DNA of 64,000 nt from Planctomycetota bacterium (GTDB lineage: Bacteria > Planctomycetota > B15-G4): contig CBDFJQ010000002.1 of NCBI GenBank assembly GCA_965248575.1, forward strand, positions 3,202,153 through 3,266,152, given 5' to 3'. Positions 19,031-28,992 of this stretch are shown here, in pieces (positions within the stretch are counted from its first letter, which is position 1; each line of letters begins with the position of its first letter). The translations under genes were made by a program, and so were the position numbers. The notes beneath the pieces were generated by a model. The model made no database searches. It was not told the DNA's origin and saw only the letters and a program-made list of their open reading frames with translations.

Positions 19031-19768
19031 GTGGCTGACTTTCCGAAAGACCTACTCTTGGCCGTTGATGGCCCCGGCGGCGACCCCGCCCTCCGCTGCC
19101 TCTCGCTCCTTCACGGTGCAGCGGTGATCGGGCGTTTTGATGCCGTCCAGGCCCTCGCAGCCCACGCTTTGACCCTGGGCCTGCCCACCGCCAAGCTGGC
19201 CGCTGCAGGCCTGCAGGTCGCACCCTATGGCGGCTTCCCGAGAGCTATCGAGACCCTGAGCCTGATTGCGGAGGCTCAACGGGCATCTGGCCCCGCAAGC
19301 ACCGATTCGGGCTCGAATCCGGGCAGGATCCGGCCAAACGCCCCCCAGGAGGAGGCGCTGCAGAGCCAGGCAACCCCCTCCGCTGATTCCTCCTTGGATC
19401 GCCTGCGAGTCGCCGGGCTGGAGGTCTTCCGCATGGTCTATGGCGACAACACCGAGGCCGTCCTGGAGCAGCTCGCCACGCTGCATGCCGATCTCCCAAG
19501 CCACGTCCTGGAAGCCGCCTACGGCAAGGTTTTGTCCCAGCCAGGCCTGAGCTTGGGCGAAAGGGAACTGCTCGCCGTCAGCGCCCTGGCGCTGGCCGCC
19601 CTGCCCGCGCCACTCGGTTCCCACATTCGAGGTGCTCTCCGCAACGGTTTCACGAGCGCCGCCGTAGAGGATATTCTTCACGCCTCTACGTCCCTGGCCG
19701 ACAAGAGCGCTCTCCCCGTCATCGATCAAGCGCTCGATCGGCTCTCCCGGAAGGTCTACCGACCATGA
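19031..19768 (+). CDS. carboxymuconolactone decarboxylase (AhpD-like) family protein
   Basis: The C-terminal half (GLSLGERELLAVSALALAALPAPLGSHIRGALRNGFTSAAVEDILH) fits the CMD-family pattern. The start is uncertain (GTG at 19031). The stop overlaps the next gene's start in an ATGA at 19765-19768. Confidence 0.6.
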   Translation: MADFPKDLLLAVDGPGGDPALRCLSLLHGAAVIGRFDAVQALAAHALTLGLPTAKLAAAGLQVAPYGGFPRAIETLSLIAEAQRASGPASTDSGSNPGRIRPNAPQEEALQSQATPSADSSLDRLRVAGLEVFRMVYGDNTEAVLEQLATLHADLPSHVLEAAYGKVLSQPGLSLGERELLAVSALALAALPAPLGSHIRGALRNGFTSAAVEDILHASTSLADKSALPVIDQALDRLSRKVYRP

Positions 19769-22700
19769 CTCTGACTCCGTCCCCGTCCACCGGAGCCTCG
19801 TCAACCGAACCGACCGGCGGCACGGCCCTTCCGGCCCTGCTCGTCAGTCTCGTCGCGCTGATTCTCTACCTGCCGACACTCGGCCACGAGCTGGTCTACG
19901 ACGACTGGTTCCTCATCGACCCCGGGCAGAACGCCTCCATGCAGGGGGTGAATGACGACTTCGGCGTCGCCCTCAACCTGTTCACGGAAGAATACTGGGA
20001 AGGAGTGAACCCCTCTGGGGTGGAGGAGCTGAAGAACAGGGGACAGGCCCTCTACCGCCCCCTGACCACCTTCATTTGGGGCACGCTCTCCTTCCTGTTC
20101 AAGTACGAGAACGCCACCCAGGCGGTGCCCTACCACCTGGCCAACTTGCTGGCGAACGTCTGGGTCGTGTACTTGCTGTTCCAAGTCATCGTGCGTCTGT
20201 TCGGCTCCGTGCGCTTGGCCGTGCTGGGGTCACTGCTGTTCGCCTTGCATCCGCTGCACAGTGAAGCCGTGGCCTATGTGGCCGGGCTGTCCGATCTCAT
20301 CTCGACGGTCGCTGTCTTGCTCGGGCTGCTGTTCTGGCTACGCGCCACCGACAATCCCGCCAAGCTGAAGCTCGGCCCCTACGTGGGCCTGCTGGCGACC
20401 ATGTTCATCGGCCTGCTCGGCAAGGAAGGCGCCGTGCTGGTGCTCGCCGTGGTCGGACTCACGGATGTGATGCTCACCCTCCGAGGGCGGGTCACCTCCA
20501 TGAGCCAGCGGATCGCCACCTACGGCGGCATGCTGGCGGTGATGGCTGCGAACATCGCGCTTCGCTTCGCGGTGATCGGCTACATCAAGCCCAGTTCCAA
20601 CGCCATCGGCACGCTCGACAACGTGCTGATCAATGTGGACACGGGCGTGCGTGTCGCCAATGCCTTCAAGCTCCTCGCCAAATACGTGTGGCTGGTGCTC
20701 TGGCCCAAGGACCTGTCTGTTGACTACTCCAAGAGCGTCATCGACGTCTCGCCGGGCTGGGCGTCACCAGGCCCCTTGGCGGGCATCATCCTCATCACGG
20801 TGATGGTCTTGCTCGGCTTGGCGAAGCTGCGCAGTTCGCCGGCCTTCGGCTGGGGCCTGTTGTTCTTCGTGGGCTGCGCCACCTTCGTCTCCAACATGTT
20901 CGTTCCCATCGGAACGGTCATGGCGGAACGTCTGATGTACCTGCCAAGCATCGGCCTCTGCCTGGCGGCGGCCACAATCCTGAACCGCCTGCTCGCCCCC
21001 AGCGAGACAGCCAGCGGCGCCAAGGCCGGTGCCGGAGGGGGCCTCAACCCGGTGGGTCTCCTGCTGTGCGTCCTGATCCTCGGTGGAGCCGGCATGCGCA
21101 CCTATTCGCGCAACGCCGACTTCCACGATCCGATCACGCTCTTCGAGGCGGCCGAGCAGGTCGTGCCGGAGAGTGCTCGTGTGCACTTCCAGCTCGGCAC
21201 GCTGTACTACAACTTGGGGCGCTTCAACGCGGCGGTCACACAACTCGAGACCTCGCTCCAGTACGACCCCAACTTCGTGCGCGCAGCCATTCAGCTGGGA
21301 GACGTCCACTCGGGCGACCAGAACTGGGAGCGGGCCATCGAGACCTACGGCCTGATCCTCAAGAGCGTCGACGGCGTCGACGCCGATCCGGGCGACCTGG
21401 CAGCCTTGCAGGACATGGTGCTCACCAAGCGAGCGGAAGCCCATCGCCGTTCCGGCAACCTGGAAGCCGCACTGGCGGACGTGCAACGCGCAGTGGGTCT
21501 CAGCTCTGCGGGCTCCGTGGCCGATCGCCAGCTCGTGAGCATGTTGCAGGGCCAGCAGCGGTGGGAGGACTCCATTCCCGTCATTCGCAACGCCCTCGCC
21601 CTGGCACCGGACGATTCGCAAATGCTGTTCGACCTGTGTCGTGCTGCAGCCAACACCGGCGACCAGGAGCTCTACAACGACTCCCTTGCCCAGCTGAAGG
21701 AAACCCCGGACGGACGCGCCCTGGGCCTGGTGATGGAGGCGGTCACGCTGTATGCCCAGGCCTTGACCAACAAGAACGAGGCTCTCCGCGCCAAGGCCAT
21801 GGACAAGTTCGAGCAGGCCATCGAGCTGGACGACAGCATGGCCACGCCCTACGCCTTCCGCGGTCGCTACATGGCCGAACGGTCCCAGTTCCTGCACGAC
21901 GCCGTCACCGAGTACGACCGCGCCCTGGAGCGTGACCCGCTGCACCACATGGCGCTCGGCCTGAAGGCCACGGCCCTCACGCAGCTGGGCGAGTTCGAGG
22001 CAGCCCTCGACACCCTGGCCATTCTCGAGACGGTGAACCCCAACCCCGACCTGCTCATCCTGAAGGCGGAGGCGTATTTCGGCTTGGGTGAGCTGCAGGA
22101 GCTGGAAGAGATTCGCGATCAACTTCGGGAGCTCGGGCGCGACCCCATCGAGCTCCTGTTGAACACCGCCATCACCTACGACGCGCAGGGCGACACCGAG
22201 CGCGCCCTGGACCTCATCAACCAGGCTTTCGTGGATCCCGAGGCAGCGCAGAATCCAGAAGTCTGGCGCCACCTTGGCGTGCTCAGCCTCAACGCCAAGA
22301 AGTTTGAAGAGGCGCTGGCTGCTTTCGTTCAGCAAGAAGCCACCACGCTCACGAACATCGAACTCCAGGGCCCCTTCCCCTACATCCCGCTCAACAAGGC
22401 CAAGAGTTTCCTGGGCCTTCAGCGCGATGTGGAAGCGGCTGCGGAGCTGGAGAGGGCTGAGGCGATCCTCCAGGGCCTGGACCAACAGGGTCCGCTCTGG
22501 CGGCTCCTGAGGGCCGACATCCTGCTCACGCGTGCCGACCTCTTCATGGCTCCTGGCAGCTTGCTGTTCGACGCCGAGCAGGCTGAGCTGTTGTGCCAGG
22601 AAGGGATGGAGCACACCAACAACCAATACCCGCCGTTCCATGACCGCTCCATCGAAGCCTTGCTCCGGGCGGACAACACGGCGGAGGCCCTCGCAAGAGC

Positions 22701-22881
22701 GACCGCAGCTCAGGAGCGCTTCTTCAAGCTGGATCGCTTCCCGGTCGTCGTCGAAGCCTTGGAACTCGCCGCGGCAGGTGACAAGGCTGGCGCCATCGCA
22801 CGCCTGAAGCAGGGCGAGGACGAGGAGCAGACGGACCGCACGGACGCCCTGGCCCGACTGGCTGATGTGCTCGGGGGGTAG
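19765..22881 (+). CDS. multi-pass membrane GT-C-type glycosyltransferase-like domain fused to a long TPR-repeat domain (TMTC/PMT-like architecture)
   Basis: 1038 aa. The N-terminal ~430 aa contain about 10 hydrophobic helices, with an early acidic-loop motif LVYDDWFLID. The C-terminal ~600 aa are TPR-like helical repeats (FQLGTLYYNLGRFNAAVTQLETSLQYDPNF and similar). Confidence 0.75.
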   Translation: MTLTPSPSTGASSTEPTGGTALPALLVSLVALILYLPTLGHELVYDDWFLIDPGQNASMQGVNDDFGVALNLFTEEYWEGVNPSGVEELKNRGQALYRPLTTFIWGTLSFLFKYENATQAVPYHLANLLANVWVVYLLFQVIVRLFGSVRLAVLGSLLFALHPLHSEAVAYVAGLSDLISTVAVLLGLLFWLRATDNPAKLKLGPYVGLLATMFIGLLGKEGAVLVLAVVGLTDVMLTLRGRVTSMSQRIATYGGMLAVMAANIALRFAVIGYIKPSSNAIGTLDNVLINVDTGVRVANAFKLLAKYVWLVLWPKDLSVDYSKSVIDVSPGWASPGPLAGIILITVMVLLGLAKLRSSPAFGWGLLFFVGCATFVSNMFVPIGTVMAERLMYLPSIGLCLAAATILNRLLAPSETASGAKAGAGGGLNPVGLLLCVLILGGAGMRTYSRNADFHDPITLFEAAEQVVPESARVHFQLGTLYYNLGRFNAAVTQLETSLQYDPNFVRAAIQLGDVHSGDQNWERAIETYGLILKSVDGVDADPGDLAALQDMVLTKRAEAHRRSGNLEAALADVQRAVGLSSAGSVADRQLVSMLQGQQRWEDSIPVIRNALALAPDDSQMLFDLCRAAANTGDQELYNDSLAQLKETPDGRALGLVMEAVTLYAQALTNKNEALRAKAMDKFEQAIELDDSMATPYAFRGRYMAERSQFLHDAVTEYDRALERDPLHHMALGLKATALTQLGEFEAALDTLAILETVNPNPDLLILKAEAYFGLGELQELEEIRDQLRELGRDPIELLLNTAITYDAQGDTERALDLINQAFVDPEAAQNPEVWRHLGVLSLNAKKFEEALAAFVQQEATTLTNIELQGPFPYIPLNKAKSFLGLQRDVEAAAELERAEAILQGLDQQGPLWRLLRADILLTRADLFMAPGSLLFDAEQAELLCQEGMEHTNNQYPPFHDRSIEALLRADNTAEALARATAAQERFFKLDRFPVVVEALELAAAGDKAGAIARLKQGEDEEQTDRTDALARLADVLGG

Positions 22882-23130
22882 GCGGGCAGAGCGAACGCAG
22901 GCTTGCTGGATGTAGACCTGCCCTCATCGGTGGACTTCTTGCGAGAAGCGTCCGGCTCGTAGGTACTCGGGATTCACACGAAACCGCGAGTCCGTGGAAT
23001 CAGCCTTGCCGGTGTGACGAGTACGATCCGCCTTGTGGGAGTCTTGCGCTTCGTGGGCACGAAGGCGCGTCGGGCTGATGAAACCTCCCAATCCCCCGCC
23101 GACTCACGAGTCAGCGGTCTCCAGCGATGA

Positions 23131-23235
23131 GTGGGAGGCAGATTTTCGGGACGCAGATCTGAGGCGAGTTTTCGAGGCGTCTGTTTGCCTCGCTGTCTGA
23201 GCAGCAGATCTAAGTCCCGAAAATCTGCCTCTCAC
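23131..23235 (+). repeat. 105-nt palindromic intergenic element, copy A (31-nt arm / 43-nt conserved core / 31-nt arm)
   Basis: Left arm is GTGGGAGGCAGATTTTCGGGACGCAGATCTG. Core is AGGCGAGTTTTCGAGGCGTCTGTTTGCCTCGCTGTCTGAGCAG. The distal 22 nt of the arms pair with a single G:T and the core-proximal 7 nt pair perfectly, with a 2-nt internal mismatch between them. The core contains a 6-bp hairpin, CGAGGC/GCCTCG. It lies between the convergent gene ends at 22881 and 23253. Confidence 0.85.
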
Positions 23236-23252
23236 GGCATACGCCCTGCAGC

Positions 23253-23774
23253 CTAGCTGCCCTCGGAATCGGGGGCCGTGATCTCCACGATCACGTCGCC
23301 CTGCTCCACCGTGGTACCCGTCTCGCCGTGGATGGCTCCGACCACCCCATCCAGCTCGGCTTTGACCTCGTTCTCCATCTTCATGGCTTCGAGGATGAAG
23401 AGCACCTGGCCGGCGGTCACCTCGTCGCCAGGGCGGACACGCATCTCGCGCAGGATGCCGGTCATGACGGCTCGAACGGACGCATCACCGCCCTCGTTTT
23501 CCTCACGGATGGAGCGCGCGAGGAATTCCCGCTCGCCCAGCACCTCGGTCGCGTAACGACTGCCGCCGATGAGCAGGTCGAGGCGGTCGCCATTCTCTTC
23601 GGCACCGATGTCCACCGAACGGCCATTCATCACGAGCGAATAGGCACGGCCATCCACGAGCGTTGCCACATCGATGTGCCGGGAGTCGTCGGTGATGGTG
23701 GCTCGCACCCCGGCGCCGTCGGCTTGCACGTCCACTTCATAGTGCTCGCCTGCCACCAGCACGTGGTACTTCAT
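23253..23774 (-). CDS. biotin carboxyl carrier (biotinyl-domain) subunit of an acyl-CoA carboxylase
   Basis: The C-terminal biotinyl domain carries the EAMKMENEV motif (LFILEAMKMENEVKAELDGVV). Its start at 23772-23774 overlaps the accC stop in an ATGA. Confidence 0.85.
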   Translation of the reverse strand: MKYHVLVAGEHYEVDVQADGAGVRATITDDSRHIDVATLVDGRAYSLVMNGRSVDIGAEENGDRLDLLIGGSRYATEVLGEREFLARSIREENEGGDASVRAVMTGILREMRVRPGDEVTAGQVLFILEAMKMENEVKAELDGVVGAIHGETGTTVEQGDVIVEITAPDSEGS

Positions 23775-25327
23775 GAGCCTGCTCCCGGACGGAAGGAATC
23801 CACCCAACGGGTCCCTGCCGACACAGGGCCGGCCGCCCCCGCAGCTTCATTCGCGTTGCCTGCATTTCCAGCGCGTGCCGCAAAACCGCGGCGGCCGCGC
23901 AGCAGGTGGGCCATGGTGGCCGCCAAGAAGGCGATGTCCAGCTGACGGCGCTCGCTGGTGCGCGGGGCGAATTGCTTCGGATCGGACTCGACCGTGCTCG
24001 TGTCGTACTGCCCGCTGCCGAAGGCCTTGCTAGCGATCACCCGCCTCAAGAACGGCAGATTCGTCGTGACACCGGCCACCGTGGTTTCCGTGAGGGCGCG
24101 CGCCATGCGTTGGATCGCCGCTTCGCGATCCGCTGCGTGGACCGAGATCTTGGCCAGCATGGGGTCGTAGTGCAGCCCCACCTCCATGCCTTCGAAGAGG
24201 CCGGTATCGACCCGCACGCCCGGTCCGCCGGGCATCTCCAAACGGTGCACACGCCCAGTCGCTGGCAGGAAGCCGTTGTCGGCATCCTCCGCATACAGCC
24301 GACACTCGATGGCATGCCCGCGATGGACGATCTCGTCCTGCGCCATGGGCAACGGTTCGCCACGCGCCACCATGATCTGCCAGCGCACCAGATCGATGTC
24401 GGAAGTCAGTTCGGTGATCGGGTGCTCCACCTGGAGCCGCGTGTTCATCTCGAGCACGTAGAAGTTCTTGTGCTTGTCCACGAGGAACTCGAGGGTGCCT
24501 GCGTTCTCGTAGTTGATGGCCTTTGCGGCGCGCACGGCGGCCTGACCCATCTGCTCACGAAGCTCGTCGTCCAGGATGGGCGACGGCCGCTCTTCCACCA
24601 CCTTCTGGTGGCGCCGCTGGATGGAGCACTCGCGCTCACCGATGTGCACGACGTTGCCGTGACTGTCACCGAAGATCTGTACTTCGACGTGGCGCGGTTG
24701 CTCGAGGTACTTCTCGATGTAGACGGTGCCGTCGCCGAAAGCGTTCTGCGCTTCACTGCGCGCACGATTCGCTGCCGCGAGAAGCTCCTTCTCATCGTGC
24801 ACGATGCGGATGCCCTTGCCGCCGCCGCCCGCGCTGGCCTTGATCATCACCGGGTAGCCGATGCGCCCGGCCTCGGCCAGGAGGGTCTCGTCGTCCTCGA
24901 CAGGGTCCGCCGTCCCAGGAACCACGGGCACTCCTGCCTCGATCAAGCGCCGGCGGGCCTGGATCTTGTCGCCCATCGCCTCCATGGCGTCGCCGGAAGG
25001 GCCGATGAAGACGATGCCCGCCTGCTCGCAGTCCCGGGTGAAGCCGGCGTTCTCCGACAGGAAACCGAAGCCCGGGTGGATGGCGTCCGCACCCGTCTCG
25101 AGGGCTGCCTTCAGGATCAGGTCCCCCCGCAGGTAGCTCTCGGAGCTGGCCGCCGGCCCCAGCCGCACGGCCTGGTAGGCGGCCCGAACGTGCAGGGCAT
25201 TCCTGTCCGGGTCCGAATAGACGGCCACGGTCTTGATACCCATTTCGCGGCACGTGCGCATGACGCGCAGTGCAATCTCGCCGCGATTGGCCACGAGGAT
25301 CTTCTCGATCTTGCGTGCAGCAGCCAT
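23771..25327 (-). CDS. accC: biotin carboxylase subunit of acetyl/propionyl-CoA carboxylase
   Basis: Begins MAAARKIEKILVANRGEIALRVMRTCREMGIKTVAVYSD. Other motifs are PVMIKASAGGGGKGIRIV, HVEVQIFGD, ECSIQRRHQKVVEE and LEMNTRLQVEHPITE. It carries a ~70-aa C-terminal extension. Confidence 0.95.
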   Translation of the reverse strand: MAAARKIEKILVANRGEIALRVMRTCREMGIKTVAVYSDPDRNALHVRAAYQAVRLGPAASSESYLRGDLILKAALETGADAIHPGFGFLSENAGFTRDCEQAGIVFIGPSGDAMEAMGDKIQARRRLIEAGVPVVPGTADPVEDDETLLAEAGRIGYPVMIKASAGGGGKGIRIVHDEKELLAAANRARSEAQNAFGDGTVYIEKYLEQPRHVEVQIFGDSHGNVVHIGERECSIQRRHQKVVEERPSPILDDELREQMGQAAVRAAKAINYENAGTLEFLVDKHKNFYVLEMNTRLQVEHPITELTSDIDLVRWQIMVARGEPLPMAQDEIVHRGHAIECRLYAEDADNGFLPATGRVHRLEMPGGPGVRVDTGLFEGMEVGLHYDPMLAKISVHAADREAAIQRMARALTETTVAGVTTNLPFLRRVIASKAFGSGQYDTSTVESDPKQFAPRTSERRQLDIAFLAATMAHLLRGRRGFAARAGNAGNANEAAGAAGPVSAGTRWVDSFRPGAGS

Positions 25328-25582
25328 CCGTCGCCTGTCGCGGGGGGGGGGGAGTGGGAGTTTGTGGACCGGGAAAGCTGGAACAGCCCTCAGCCTCCTG
25401 ACAAGCCGGGGATCATAGCAACGGCCTCCCTGCCGCGAGAATCCTCCCTCTCCCAGGGGCGAGACCGGCGCCCCCGAGCGGGTGCCGGGGGGCGGAGTTC
25501 CAGAAGTTCCGCAGCTGAGGGATTGACGTGGCGAGCCCCGCTCGCAGGATTCTCTGGACCAACACCCATCGAGCGTCCCCCG

Positions 25583-26890
25583 ATGTCCGACTCCTCCACC
25601 GCCCCACACCCCTCGCCCCGCGACCACGCCCCCTCGGTCTTCCGGGACGTGCCCTACATGGGTGTGATCTTCGTCGTCGCCGAAGCCATGAAGCGCGGCT
25701 TCACCAACGGTCACCCCGATTGGTGCAACCTGGGCCAGGGCCAGCCCGAAGTGGGCGAGATGGCCGGCTCACCCCCGCGCATCTCCCACGTGGACCTGGC
25801 GCCGGAAGACCACGCCTACGGCCCGATTGAAGGCACGCCTGAGCTGCGCTCCGCGGTTGCCGACTACTACAACCGGCTCTTCCGGGTCGGCAAGGCGAGC
25901 CAGTACGGCCCCGAGAATGTCGCCATCGCCCAAGGGGGCCGGCTCGCCCTCTCCCGGGCCCTCGCGGCCGTCGGCCCCACCATCGTGGGCTACCAGCTGC
26001 CTGACTACACCGCCTACGAGGACATGCTCGACCTGCATCTGGCGCGCATCACTCCCATCCCTCTGCGCGCCTCCGAGTCGAACGGGTTCGCCCTCACCCG
26101 CACAGAGTTCGAGTCGGCTGTCCAAGACCAAGGGCTCGGCGCACTCATCCTCAGCAACCCCTGCAACCCGACCGGCAAGGTGATCGCCGGTGACGAGCTC
26201 AAGGGCTTCCTGAATGTGGGCCGCGCGGGTGGCTGCACCATGTTGATGGACGAGTTCTACAGCCACTTCATCTACGAGCAGGGCGCCGACGGTCAGTTTG
26301 TTCCCGGCGCTGGCCCCGTGAGCTCTGCGGCATACATCGACGACGTCGAGCAGGACCAGGTGCTCATCTTCGATGGCTTGACAAAGAACCACCGCTACCC
26401 GGGCTGGCGCATCGGCTGGGTGCTCGGCCCCTCTGAAGTCATCAACACCATGGGCCGCGTGGGCAGCGCCATGGATGGCGGCCCCAGCCGGCTGGCACAG
26501 CGCGCCGCCCTCCAGGCCTTGGTGCCAGAGGTTGCGGACCAGGAGACGACGGCGCTGCGCGAAGTCTTCACCGCGAAGCGCAACCTGATGGTGGAGCGCC
26601 TGAGCGCCATGGGCGTGCGCTTCGCAGAAACACCGGAGTCGACCTTCTACGCCTGGGGCTGCCTCGACCAGCTTCCAGCACCGTTCAACGACGCCATGTC
26701 CTTCTTCTGGGCCGCTCTTGAGCAGAAGGTGATGACGGTGCCAGGCAAGTTCTTCGACGTGAACCCCGGCAAGCGCCGCAGCGCCGAGTCGCCCTACACC
26801 CAGTGGATGCGCTTCAGCTTCGGCCCGCCCATGGACAACATGGTGCTCGGCCTCGACCGTCTTGAGGCCATGCTGGCAGCTGCTCGCTAG
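25583..26890 (+). CDS. pyridoxal-phosphate-dependent aminotransferase (class I/II)
   Basis: Motifs: YGPIEGTPELRSAVADYY, LILSNPCNPTGKV, LMDEFYSHFIY, FDGLTKNHRYPGWRIGW (the Lys in the SxxK-equivalent position), and RFSFG. Start is the ATG at 25583 (MSDSST..). Confidence 0.85.
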   Translation: MSDSSTAPHPSPRDHAPSVFRDVPYMGVIFVVAEAMKRGFTNGHPDWCNLGQGQPEVGEMAGSPPRISHVDLAPEDHAYGPIEGTPELRSAVADYYNRLFRVGKASQYGPENVAIAQGGRLALSRALAAVGPTIVGYQLPDYTAYEDMLDLHLARITPIPLRASESNGFALTRTEFESAVQDQGLGALILSNPCNPTGKVIAGDELKGFLNVGRAGGCTMLMDEFYSHFIYEQGADGQFVPGAGPVSSAAYIDDVEQDQVLIFDGLTKNHRYPGWRIGWVLGPSEVINTMGRVGSAMDGGPSRLAQRAALQALVPEVADQETTALREVFTAKRNLMVERLSAMGVRFAETPESTFYAWGCLDQLPAPFNDAMSFFWAALEQKVMTVPGKFFDVNPGKRRSAESPYTQWMRFSFGPPMDNMVLGLDRLEAMLAAAR

Positions 26891-27396
26891 CGCGTCAGGA
26901 CCGGCAGGAACTCGACCCAGGGCCCCACCTCCTGGCCCCAGCGGCGGGCCATGACCCGCGAGATCTGGGCCAGGTGGCCCAGGTCGTGCACGACCCAGGT
27001 GGCCAGCAGTTCCGAGAGCTTCACGCGCCCGAAGGCCGGGTGCGTACCCGTGCGTTCCATTTGGGCGGCATCCAGCTGGAGCGCGGCGAGGCTCGCCAGG
27101 CTCACCCGACGCAGCTCGCTGAAGTGTCGCAAGAGGACCTCCACGTCTTCGCCTTCGAACTGATCGAGATGGGCGCTTCGATCGAAGGGCTCAAAGGGTT
27201 TCTGCTCGCCGTGCTCCAGCAGGCGCACCACCCGAGGGACCCAGTCGGTTTGCTCGCCGTGGACCAGGTGGCCCAGCACCTCAAAGGGGCTCCAGGCCTC
27301 GGCAATCTCCCGGGTGTGCAGCCATTCGGGTGCAAGGCCGCTCAGCTGGGCGGCCAGGACCTTCGGCGTCCGGGACAGGATCTCAAGGTGTTCCAT
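26887..27396 (-). CDS. DinB family (DinB_2-like) metal-dependent protein
   Basis: 169 aa. The four-helix pattern has conserved His residues (EVLGHLVHGEQTDW, VVHDLGHLAQI), typical of the DinB superfamily. Confidence 0.7.
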   Translation of the reverse strand: MEHLEILSRTPKVLAAQLSGLAPEWLHTREIAEAWSPFEVLGHLVHGEQTDWVPRVVRLLEHGEQKPFEPFDRSAHLDQFEGEDVEVLLRHFSELRRVSLASLAALQLDAAQMERTGTHPAFGRVKLSELLATWVVHDLGHLAQISRVMARRWGQEVGPWVEFLPVLTR

Positions 27397-27453
27397 GATC
27401 GGTCTCCTGTCAGGAACGTCCGAAGGCAGGGGCAGGACGCGGGACGACGACTC

Positions 27454-28992
27454 CTACAGCGGGATGTTGCCGTGCTTCTTGGGCGGGTTTCGGTCGCGCT
27501 TGGTTTCCAGGAGGCGCAAGCCGGCGATCAGCTTGGCGCGCGTCTGCCGGGGCTCGATCACCGCATCGATGTAGCCGCGGGACGCTGCTTCATAGGGGTT
27601 CGCAAAATTCGCCTCGTACTCGGCCACCAGGCGATCCATCTCCGCCTGCTTGTCCTCCGCGCCTGCGATCTGCTTGCGGAAGATGATCTCCACCGCGCCC
27701 TTGGCCCCCATCACCGCGATCTCGGCCTGGGGCCATGCCAGGTTCAGGTCGCCCCGGATGTGCTTGCTGCTCATCACGTCGTAGGCACCGCCATAGGCCT
27801 TGCGGCAAATGACCGTGAGCTTGGGCACCGTGGCCTCGCAGTAGGCGTACAGCAGCTTCGCCCCGTGGCGGATGATGCCGCCATACTCCTGGGCGGTGCC
27901 CGGCAGGAACCCCGGCACATCCTCGAAGGTCACGAGGGGGATGTTGAAGGCGTCGCAGAAACGGATGAAGCGAGCGCCCTTGTCGCTGCTGTCGATGTCG
28001 AGCACCCCTGCCAGCACCATGGGGTTGTTGCCGATGATGCCGACGCTGCGACCGTCCAGCCGCGCAAACCCAACGGTCAGATTGCCCGCGAAGTCCGGCT
28101 GCACCTCCAGGAACTCGCCGTCGTCCACCACACGCGTGATCACTTCGCGGATGTCATAGGGCTTGTTGGGGTTCTCGGGCACCAGCGTGTCGAGCGCCTC
28201 ATCGGCCCGCGAAGCCTCATCGTGGCAGGCCACGCGCGGCGGATCCTCGCGGTTGTTCAACGGCAGGTAGCTCATCAGCCGGCGCAGCAACGCCAGGCAG
28301 TCGGCGTCGTTGTCCGCCCGGAAATGTGCCACGCCGCTCTTGCGGGTGTGGGTCCGCGCGCCGCCCAACTCTTCGCTCGTGACCTCTTCGTGGGTCACGG
28401 TCTTCACCACGTTGGGGCCCGTCACGAACATGTAGGAGCTGCCTTCGACCATCACGATGAAGTCCGTGATGGCCGGGCTGTACACCGCCCCGCCTGCGCA
28501 TGGCCCCATGATGGCCGAGAGCTGGGGGATGACGCCGGAGGCCAGGGTGTTCTGCAGGAAGATGTCCGCGTAGCCGCCCAGGGAAACGACGCCCTCCTGG
28601 ATGCGCGCGCCGCCGCTGTCGTTCAAACCCAGCACGGGCACGCCCACCTTCAGCGCCTTCTCCAGGAGCGCCACGATCTTCTGTGCGTGGGCCTCGCCCA
28701 AGCTGCCACCGCTGATGGTGAAGTCCTGACTGAACACCGCCGCCGGGCGGCCATCGATGGTGCCGAAGCCCGTGATCACGCCGTCGGTGAGGTGGGGCTT
28801 CGTGCCGAAGGCCGTGATGTCTCCGCGAATCAGCTGGCCGTACTCCTCGAAGGAGCCTTCATCCAGCAACAGATCCAGGCGCTCTCGCGCCGTGAGCTTC
28901 CCCTTCTCGTGTTGCGCGGCGACCCGCTTCTCACCACCCCCGGCCAAGGCCTCCTCGGTGCGGCGGCGAAGGTCTTCGAGACGGTCAGACAT
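27454..28992 (-). CDS. pccB: propionyl-CoA carboxylase beta chain / methylmalonyl-CoA carboxyltransferase
   Basis: Begins [50 protein letters not shown]. Other motifs are [48 protein letters not shown] and [11 protein letters not shown]. Confidence 0.95.
   Translation of the reverse strand: MSDRLEDLRRRTEEALAGGGEKRVAAQHEKGKLTARERLDLLLDEGSFEEYGQLIRGDITAFGTKPHLTDGVITGFGTIDGRPAAVFSQDFTISGGSLGEAHAQKIVALLEKALKVGVPVLGLNDSGGARIQEGVVSLGGYADIFLQNTLASGVIPQLSAIMGPCAGGAVYSPAITDFIVMVEGSSYMFVTGPNVVKTVTHEEVTSEELGGARTHTRKSGVAHFRADNDADCLALLRRLMSYLPLNNREDPPRVACHDEASRADEALDTLVPENPNKPYDIREVITRVVDDGEFLEVQPDFAGNLTVGFARLDGRSVGIIGNNPMVLAGVLDIDSSDKGARFIRFCDAFNIPLVTFEDVPGFLPGTAQEYGGIIRHGAKLLYAYCEATVPKLTVICRKAYGGAYDVMSSKHIRGDLNLAWPQAEIAVMGAKGAVEIIFRKQIAGAEDKQAEMDRLVAEYEANFANPYEAASRGYIDAVIEPRQTRAKLIAGLRLLETKRDRNPPKKHGNIPL

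Noticed and set aside
26887-26890. The convergent aminotransferase and DinB genes overlap by 4 nt, sharing a palindromic CTAG so that both stop codons use the same bases.
   Set aside because: This is a coincidental consequence of TAG stops in compact genomes. No further structure was seen.
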